From Allosphingosinicella sp. (GTDB lineage Bacteria > Pseudomonadota > Alphaproteobacteria > Sphingomonadales > Sphingomonadaceae), in assembly GCA_036388575.1 (NCBI GenBank), contig DASVRO010000064.1:11782-75781 (forward strand): a DNA stretch of 64,000 nt, read 5' to 3'. Every line of letters starts with the position of its first letter. Within the stretch, counting starts at the first letter, position 1. The notes below the pieces were generated by a model. The model saw nothing but the letters and a program-made list of their open reading frames with translations, was not told the origin of the DNA and ran no database searches. Shown in pieces: positions 57,651 through 64,000 of the stretch. The position numbers and the translations under genes were made by a program.

Positions 57651-58613
57651 ATGGACACCCCCCGAACGCCGCTTGCCGATCCGGCGTTCCGCCGCGACGT
57701 CCTCGCCGGACTCTCAGCGCCGATCCGCGCCATCCCCGCCCGCTGGCTCTACGACCGCCGCGGGTCGGAGCTGTTCGAGGCGATCACCCGGCTTCCCGAA
57801 TATTACCTCACCCGCACCGAGACGGCGCTGCTCGAGCGCCGCTGCCCGGACGTCGCCAGGATCGCCGGGCCCGGCCAGGCGGTGGTCGAGTTCGGCTCCG
57901 GGGCCTCGGTGAAGACCCGCATCCTCCTCGCCGCCGCCGAGCCTTCGGCCTATGTGCCGGTCGACATCAGCGGCGATTTCCTGCGCGATGCGGCGGCCTC
58001 GCTCGGCGAGGATTTCCCCCGCCTTCCGGTCTTCCCGATCGAAGCCGATTTCATGCGTCCTTTCCCCTTGCCGACCGAGCTCGCCGGGGCGCCCAAGCTC
58101 GGCTTCTTCCCCGGCTCGACGATCGGCAATCTGGTCCCGTCGAGCGGAGTCGACCTGCTCCGCTCGATGCGCCAGACGCTCGGCACGGGCGCCTGGCTGT
58201 TCATCGGCTTCGACCGGATCAAGGACCCGGCCGAGCTGCTCGCCGCCTATGACGATTCCGCCGGAGTGACGGCCGAATTCAACCTCAACCTCCTCGTCCG
58301 GATCAACCGCGAGCTGGAAGGCGACATCCCGCTCGACGCCTTCCGCCACCGGGCGGTCTGGAACGACAGGCTGAGCCGGATCGAGATGCATATCGAGGCG
58401 GTGCGCGACGTCGGGTTCGAAGTGGCCGGAACCCCTTTCTCGCTCCGGCAGGGCGAGTCGATCCACACCGAGAACAGCCACAAATATGGCGAGCGCGACG
58501 CGAGGCTGCTGCTGCTCGCCGGCGGCTGGACCCCGGTCGAGGAATGGACCGACGAGGAGGCCCGTTTCGCTTTGGTGCTGGCAAGGGCGGAGCCGGAAAG
58601 AAGCGCCCCCTGA
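57651..58613 (+). CDS. egtD: L-histidine N-alpha-trimethyltransferase
   Basis: YD.RGSELFE.IT.LPEYY.TR.E, E.GSG, GSTIGN, YDD..GVTA.FN.N, TENS.KY. Confidence 0.92.
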   Translation: MDTPRTPLADPAFRRDVLAGLSAPIRAIPARWLYDRRGSELFEAITRLPEYYLTRTETALLERRCPDVARIAGPGQAVVEFGSGASVKTRILLAAAEPSAYVPVDISGDFLRDAAASLGEDFPRLPVFPIEADFMRPFPLPTELAGAPKLGFFPGSTIGNLVPSSGVDLLRSMRQTLGTGAWLFIGFDRIKDPAELLAAYDDSAGVTAEFNLNLLVRINRELEGDIPLDAFRHRAVWNDRLSRIEMHIEAVRDVGFEVAGTPFSLRQGESIHTENSHKYGERDARLLLLAGGWTPVEEWTDEEARFALVLARAEPERSAP

Positions 58614-58744
58614 TTCCTCCCCCGGTTTTCCGGGGGAGGGGGACCGCGCGAAGCGCGGTGGAGGGGTTCTTTTCGACGACGCCGTAGAACCCCTCCACCA
58701 GGCTTCGCCTGGTCCCCCTCCCCGCGAAATCGCGGGGAGGAATT
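58613..58744. repeat. REP-like element (family A) between convergent egtD and DUF1176
   Basis: Same arms as 26367-26495. Confidence 0.88.
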
Positions 58745-58750
58745 TACCCG

Positions 58751-59755
58751 CTACCGCCGCACCACCTTCGCCCGCCACGTGGTGATATAATCCCTCGACC
58801 CCCGGCACTCGCTCATCTCCGCCTGCTCGACGAGCCGGAAGGCGCGGCCGTCCCAGGCATATTCGGACGTGGTGCCGCAATCGCCGAGGCCGCGGCCCTT
58901 CGAATAGCTGACCAGCAGGCCGCGCTCCTTGTCCCAGCCGGCGTTGATCAGCACCGGCTTGCCTTCGTCCTTCCACCACGGCTCGGCGAGGTCGAAGGCG
59001 GCGAGCGTCGCCTCGACCCCGCCCCGGCCGCGGCGAAGGACGAACGGGACGTGGCTGACATTGTAGGCGCCCGAGCCGCAGGCGAGCAGGAGGAGGGTGG
59101 CCGCCGGCGTCATCGTGGCGGTTTCCGCATCCTCCGGCCCGCCGACTTCGTCGAGGGTGCAGCCATGCTTGCGACGCAGGGCGGCGAGCGCCGCCGCAGT
59201 CATGGCAAGCGGCCGCGCGGAGGAAAGCGCCGCGGCGGTCACCACCGGCACGGCGGGCGGCGTCCCGGCCATCGACCTCGTCCCGGGCCTGACCAGCGCC
59301 GTCGCCGTGCCGGTCCGGCGCTGCTTCTCGTCCATGTAGAGCAGGGCCGCGCTCGCCCCCTTCAGCGACACCGCGCCGAGCGGCTTGCCGTCCGCCGACT
59401 GGAGCTCGACCCGGCCCGCCGAGCGAAGCGCCGCGATCGTCGCCGCGGTGTCGGCCGGGGCGACCCCGGTCTCTCCCTCCGAGCCTACCAGCCTCACCGC
59501 AAGCCGCTTGCCGTCGGCGCTGAGCGAGGCGGCGTTGCTGTCGGCGCCGAGATCGAACGCCAGCACCGGCTGGGCGCCCGCCTCCGGCCCGCGCCGGACG
59601 CTCATCGTCAGCCCGTCCTCGGGCCAATCCTCGGGCATCAGCGCGACGGCGTGGCAGGCGGCGCCATTGTCGCAGCCGACCGTCCAGTCCTGGAAGGTCC
59701 TGATCTCGGAGGGTTGTGGCGCCGCGGCGGCGGCGAGCAGGGCCGGAATGATCAT
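58751..59755 (-). CDS. DUF1176 family exported protein
   Basis: F.DW.VGCDN...C, C.SGAYN, KGRGLGDCG, W.G..F. Confidence 0.82.
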   Translation of the reverse strand: MIIPALLAAAAAPQPSEIRTFQDWTVGCDNGAACHAVALMPEDWPEDGLTMSVRRGPEAGAQPVLAFDLGADSNAASLSADGKRLAVRLVGSEGETGVAPADTAATIAALRSAGRVELQSADGKPLGAVSLKGASAALLYMDEKQRRTGTATALVRPGTRSMAGTPPAVPVVTAAALSSARPLAMTAAALAALRRKHGCTLDEVGGPEDAETATMTPAATLLLLACGSGAYNVSHVPFVLRRGRGGVEATLAAFDLAEPWWKDEGKPVLINAGWDKERGLLVSYSKGRGLGDCGTTSEYAWDGRAFRLVEQAEMSECRGSRDYITTWRAKVVRR

Positions 59756-59801
59756 CCCTTGAGCCTAGCGCGGCTTGGCCGCAAAAACCATTTCCCTAGC
59801 T

Positions 59802-59816
59802 GTTCTTATTATGTTC
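59802..59816 (+). promoter_or_regulatory. Alphaproteobacterial LexA (SOS) box
   Basis: GTTC-TTATTAT-GTTC, exact GTTC-N7-GTTC in AT-rich intergenic DNA. Confidence 0.65.
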
Positions 59817-60056
59817 TAATCAAGCCGCGACTTCGGCATTCGATTCTTTGGTGTCACCCATGTCCTTTCGGAGTCTCTCTTACCGAAATTGCAGGCCATC
59901 GGCCCGATACCGCCCCGACCGGCGGGCAAAGGTCACAGTGAAATTTTTCCGGGCCGATCGTGAACTTCGCACTTCCGCAGGTACGGGCCGTCGCCATTGC
60001 CCCGAACCGGCCGCTTCCCTACATCGCCAGGGGCTCGACCCCCTGGGAGACTATTG

Positions 60057-60359
60057 ATGCTGCTGGCCCTTATCCAGATCCTGCTGATCCTTCTGACGGT
60101 GGTCTGGTGGATCATCGTCATCCAGATGATCCTGAGCTGGCTGGTCGCCTTCAACGTCATCAACACCCATAACGATTTCGTCCGCGGGCTGATGCGCGGC
60201 CTCGATCGCTTCCTCGAGCCGGTCTACCGGCCGATCCGCAAGGTGCTGCCCGATTTCGGAGGCCTCGACTTCAGCCCGATGGTCGTCCTCCTCGTCCTTT
60301 TCATCCTCAGCACGCTGCTGGAGGGCGTCGCTCGCGACGTCGCGACCAGCTCCATATGA
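60057..60359 (+). CDS. yggT: YggT family membrane protein
   Basis: ILSWL.AFNVIN..N, EP.YRPIR..LP..GG.DFSP. Confidence 0.9.
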   Translation: MLLALIQILLILLTVVWWIIVIQMILSWLVAFNVINTHNDFVRGLMRGLDRFLEPVYRPIRKVLPDFGGLDFSPMVVLLVLFILSTLLEGVARDVATSSI

Positions 60360-61246
60360 GCGCGGCGCGGATCGACGGCCGCGCCTTCGCCGCGAGGCTG
60401 CGCGAGCGCGTCGCCGCGGCCGTCCCCGCCTTCGCCGAAGCGGCGGGAAGGGCGCCGGGCCTCGCCGTCGTCCTGGTCGGCGAGGATCCGGCGAGCGCCG
60501 TCTACGTCCGCTCCAAGGGCCGCGCCACCACCGAGGCCGGAATGGCGAGCTTCGAGCACCGCCTCCCCGACAGCGTCTCGCAGGAGGAGCTGCTGGCGCT
60601 GGTCGACACGCTCAACGACGACGACAATGTCGACGGCATCCTCGTCCAGCTGCCGCTTCCGGCCGGGATCGACGACAAGGCGGTGATCGAGGCGGTGGAT
60701 CCCGCCAAGGACGTCGACGGCTTCCACCCGATCAACGCCGGGCGGCTCGCCGTCGGCGAGGACGGGCTCGTCCCCTGCACACCGCTCGGCTGCCTGATGC
60801 TGCTCAAGGACCGGCTCGGCGACCTCTCCGGCCTCGAGGCGGTGGTCGTCGGCCGCTCGAACATCGTCGGCAAGCCGATGGCCCAGCTCCTGCTCGCCGA
60901 GAATTGCACGGTCACGATCGCCCACAGCCGCACCCGCGACCTGTCCGAGGTGGTGCGCCGCGCCGACATCCTCGTCGCCGCCGTCGGGCGGCCCGGGATG
61001 ATCCCCGGCGGCTGGCTCAAGCCGGGCGCGACGGTCATCGACGTCGGCATCAACCGGCTCGCCGGCGAGGAGGAGGGCAAGTCGCGTCTGGTCGGCGACG
61101 TCGATTTCGACAGCGCGGCCGAGGTGGCCGGAGCGATCACCCCGGTGCCCGGCGGAGTCGGCCCGATGACCATCGCGGTCCTGCTTCGCAACACCCTCGT
61201 CGCCGCCTGCGCGAGGGCAGGCCTGCCCCCGCCGGAAGGGTTGTGA
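60356..61246 (+). CDS. folD: Methylenetetrahydrofolate dehydrogenase/cyclohydrolase
   Basis: [43 protein letters not shown]. Confidence 0.96.
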   Translation: MSAARIDGRAFAARLRERVAAAVPAFAEAAGRAPGLAVVLVGEDPASAVYVRSKGRATTEAGMASFEHRLPDSVSQEELLALVDTLNDDDNVDGILVQLPLPAGIDDKAVIEAVDPAKDVDGFHPINAGRLAVGEDGLVPCTPLGCLMLLKDRLGDLSGLEAVVVGRSNIVGKPMAQLLLAENCTVTIAHSRTRDLSEVVRRADILVAAVGRPGMIPGGWLKPGATVIDVGINRLAGEEEGKSRLVGDVDFDSAAEVAGAITPVPGGVGPMTIAVLLRNTLVAACARAGLPPPEGL

Positions 61247-61260
61247 GATCGGCTTCCCTC

Positions 61261-61392
61261 ATCCTCCCCGTGGGCGAAGCCCATGGGGAGGGGGACCGCC
61301 GGAACGGCGGTGGAGGGGCGGCGCGGACTCGAAAGGCCCCTCCACCGCACTTCGTGCGGTCCCCCTCCCCACCGCTTCGCGCCGGGGAGGAC
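61261..61392. repeat. REP-like element (family A variant)
   Basis: TCCTCCCC...GGGGAGGGGGACCG...GGTGGAGGGG...CCCCTCCACCG...GGTCCCCCTCCCC...GGGGAGGA. Confidence 0.8.
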
Positions 61393-61397
61393 AGGAG

Positions 61398-62021
61398 ATG
61401 ATCGAGCTCTTCCTCTCGGCCTTCGTCACCTTCCTCGTCGTCATCGATCCGCCGGGCTGCGCTCCGATCTTCGCCGGGCTGACCCGCGACGCCACCGCCG
61501 CCGAGCGCCGGTCGATGGCGATCCGGGCCTCGCTCGTCGCCGCCGGGATCCTGCTCTTCTTCGGACTGCTCGGCGAGGATCTGCTGAGGACGCTCGGGAT
61601 CAGCCTCGCCGCCTTCCGGATCGCCGGCGGCATCATGCTGTTCCTGATCGCGCTCGACATGGTGTTCGAGCGGCGCACCCAGCGCCGCGAGAGCCGCGCC
61701 CAGGAGGTCGAGGCCGATCCCGAGCATGACGACGTCTCGGTCTTCCCGATGGCGATTCCGATGATCGCCGGCCCCGGCTCGATCGCCTCGATCATGCTCC
61801 TGATGGCGCGCAGCGACGGCCGCGTCGAATCGCTGATCGTGCTCGGCGCCCTGGCGCTGGTACTGCTCCTGACCCTGGTCTCGCTGCTCGCCGCGGGCTG
61901 GCTGATGCGCCTGCTCGGCCACCGCATGGAGGCGATGCTGACCCGGCTGCTCGGAGTGATCCTCGCCGCCCTCGCCGCCCAGTTCGTGATCGACGGGATC
62001 TCGGTCAGCTTCGAGGTCTGA
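61398..62021 (+). CDS. MarC family membrane protein
   Basis: IDP.G..P.F, FRIAGG, FPMAIP.IAGPG, RL.G..LAALA.QF. Confidence 0.9.
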   Translation: MIELFLSAFVTFLVVIDPPGCAPIFAGLTRDATAAERRSMAIRASLVAAGILLFFGLLGEDLLRTLGISLAAFRIAGGIMLFLIALDMVFERRTQRRESRAQEVEADPEHDDVSVFPMAIPMIAGPGSIASIMLLMARSDGRVESLIVLGALALVLLLTLVSLLAAGWLMRLLGHRMEAMLTRLLGVILAALAAQFVIDGISVSFEV

Positions 62022-62029
62022 GCTACCTT

Positions 62030-62159
62030 AATTCCTCCCCGCGATTTCGCGGGGAGGGGGACCAGGCGAAGCCTGGTGGAGGGGTTCTCACTGACTCCGT
62101 AGAACCCCTCCACCGCGCTTCGCGCGGTCCCCCTCCCCCGGAAATCCGGGGGAGGAATT
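62030..62159. repeat. REP-like element (family A, reverse orientation), overlapping the 3' end of the next gene
   Basis: Reverse complement of the 58613-58744 copy. Confidence 0.88.
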
Positions 62160-63929
62160 GAGATCAGCCTGGGATCTCACCACCCGCCACATCTTGTAGG
62201 GCGACTTTTCCGGAAGCGGCACCGGCTGCAGCCAGGCCGGCGCCTTGCCCTCCGCGAGCTGGGTGTAGAAGCCGCCTTTGGCCTGGCTGGCGTAGATGGT
62301 CGATTCGGAGAGGCCCGGGCAGACCAGCACATAGTCGATTCGCCGCCGCTCGATCATCGCCCGGGCGTCGTCCACCGAGCCGCGGAAGGTCCGCATCACG
62401 TCGATGATGTCGCGGCCGTTGCGGTGATAGGGCCCGGCGACCGCTTGGTGGTGGGTGACGGCGATCAGCCTCGGCCCGAGGTCGACGAAGGTCAGCACCT
62501 GGCCCCTCGGCACCTGCGCCACCGGCTTGAGCGCCCACAGCGTCGGGCACAGGCGATTGGCCTCGTTGACCTTCTTCATCCCCGGCCGCGGCTTTTGCGG
62601 GATGAAGGTCAGCGCCTGCTGGGCGAGGATTCCCGAGACGAGCAGGAAGGCGGCGACCGTTCCAAGCACCCGCACCAGCAGGAAGCGGCTGGTGAAGATC
62701 CGGGCGATGACGATCCAGGCCAGCGCCGTCGCGCCCGGCACGGCGAGCAGCTGAGCGGCCGGCCCGGCGCGGCTCTGCCAGAGCAGCAGGGCGGCGGCGA
62801 GCAGGGCGGGGGCGGCCGTCGCCGCCCAGAGAACCAGCTTGGGCTCCTCGCGCCGGTGCCGCCACAGCATCGCCGCATAGCCGACCAGTCCCGCCACCGG
62901 CAGCGCCGCGACCGCGGTGGCGACCGCATAGCCGTGCCGGTAGAGGGGGCGCGCCTCGCGGACGTTGCCGAGCCACAGCTCGACCAGCTCGGGCGACGCG
63001 CCCTCGAGCCGGCCCAGGCAGTGCGGCCAGACCAGAGCGAAGCCCGCCGCCAGAGCCGCGCCGGCGACGGCGGCCAGGCCGAGCCTCGCCCGCCAGGAGC
63101 GCGGCGACAGCAAGGCGAGCCCGACGGCGATCGCCCCGCCGGCCGCCACAACCGACAGCCAGACCGGAGACAGCGCGTCGCAGACGGGGGCGCGGTTGGC
63201 GTGGGAGGCGAAGAGGAGGAAGCCGACCGCGGCGCCGCCGGCGACGCTTGCGCCATAAGTGGCGAGCCGCCGCCCCTCCGCGGGATCGCGCACCCAGAGC
63301 AGTACGGTGATCCCGCCGAGCAGGGCGAGGTAGAGCAGCATCTCGAGGCCGATGACCAGCGACAGCGCGCTGGCGATCCCGAGCAGTGCGCCGCCGCGCG
63401 CCCGCTTCGCGTCGATCAGCCCGGCCGCAGCGACGGCGAGCAGGGCGAGCTGCCAGCCGTGATGGTCGATCCGAAGCGGCGACCACATGCTGCGCACCGA
63501 ATGGCCGCAGAGCAGGATCGCGAGGGCGAGGACGAAGGCCCGAGGCGTGACCAGCCGCCGCGCCGTCGCCGCCACCGCCGCCATCGCCACCCCCATCGGC
63601 AGCAGCGGCGCGAGAGCCACCGCGGCCTTCTCCGCCGTGATCCCGCCCACCAGCGGTGCCAGCGCCAGCCGGATTCCGGCGATCGGCAGGTCGACCAGAC
63701 GCGACCAGTGGATGTCGGCGCCCCAGGGCGGGTTCAGCCGGTGCTGCTTGAGGTCGTACCAGCCCTGGCCCGCGATCAGGCCGCGGACCTGCATCATCCG
63801 CATATTGTCGTCGGTGTCGCCCAGCGCGAAGGCGTTGATCTGGGCCCAGCGCATCCAGAGCAGCCAGGCGCAGGCGCCGAGCCAGAAGAGCAGCACGACC
63901 CAGCGCCAGCGTCGCTCCAGCCCCTCCAT
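62088..63929 (-). CDS. Polytopic membrane protein, GT-C/oligosaccharyltransferase-like
   Basis: DTDDNMR acidic loop after TM1, HWSRLVD.P, IDHH, ~13 TM, C-terminal GPYHRN domain; start uncertain (63929 or 63989). Confidence 0.65.
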   Translation of the reverse strand: MEGLERRWRWVVLLFWLGACAWLLWMRWAQINAFALGDTDDNMRMMQVRGLIAGQGWYDLKQHRLNPPWGADIHWSRLVDLPIAGIRLALAPLVGGITAEKAAVALAPLLPMGVAMAAVAATARRLVTPRAFVLALAILLCGHSVRSMWSPLRIDHHGWQLALLAVAAAGLIDAKRARGGALLGIASALSLVIGLEMLLYLALLGGITVLLWVRDPAEGRRLATYGASVAGGAAVGFLLFASHANRAPVCDALSPVWLSVVAAGGAIAVGLALLSPRSWRARLGLAAVAGAALAAGFALVWPHCLGRLEGASPELVELWLGNVREARPLYRHGYAVATAVAALPVAGLVGYAAMLWRHRREEPKLVLWAATAAPALLAAALLLWQSRAGPAAQLLAVPGATALAWIVIARIFTSRFLLVRVLGTVAAFLLVSGILAQQALTFIPQKPRPGMKKVNEANRLCPTLWALKPVAQVPRGQVLTFVDLGPRLIAVTHHQAVAGPYHRNGRDIIDVMRTFRGSVDDARAMIERRRIDYVLVCPGLSESTIYASQAKGGFYTQLAEGKAPAWLQPVPLPEKSPYKMWRVVRSQADLNSSPGFPGEGDRAKRGGGVLRSQ

Positions 63930-64000
63930 TCCCTCCAGGCCCTTTCCATCCCCGTGGCTTGGCATTAGTCGCTGAAGGTCAAAGGGCAAGCGCGGACATT

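Noticed and set aside
56351-58613. Selenoneine or ovothiol pathway
   Set aside because: No senB/selD or fused methyltransferase; the egtB-egtD pair fits ordinary ergothioneine synthesis

Overview
High-GC alphaproteobacterial chromosome segment; the gene content (eipA, gluQ-HIG1-pduO, egtBD, crtZ/crtW, many TonB-type and palindromic repeats) looks like a sphingomonad. From left to right it holds: (1) oligopeptidase B, a thioesterase and a membrane protein. (2) A complete ketocarotenoid-glycoside cluster (crtZ crtW crtX crtB crtI crtY, DUF2141, ispH, crtE) capped by an EL222-like LOV-HTH photoreceptor. Three promoter regions in the cluster carry a shared motif resembling the EL222 binding site. 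(3) A compact Xanthomonadales-style his operon with a TrpR-like repressor, long-form hisG, an unusual HisC-HisB fusion and a convergent IMPase-type hisN. (4) A ~19 kb phosphate-starvation region: oprP porin, phoR, pstSCAB, phoU, phoB, CYTH-CHAD, a catalytically dead GspE-like protein, a TonB receptor, an ElpS-like lipoprotein, a GspC-like gene and second phoU/phoB copies. At least seven Pho boxes are readable there, and another sits 14 kb further on in front of an HNH nuclease. (5) A TetR-RND efflux system, tRNA-Ser(GCT), eipA, an ATP-dependent ligase, TPR-sulfotransferase, HNH, gluQ, pduO (apparent CTG start), egtBD, yggT, folD, marC and a GT-C-like membrane protein. About ten REP-like palindromic elements of several families lie between genes. 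One repeat sub-module is inserted in frame inside egtB, and one repeat forms a protein C-terminus. No CRISPR array, prophage, integrase or transposase was seen. All calls come from reading motifs by eye; no database searches were run.
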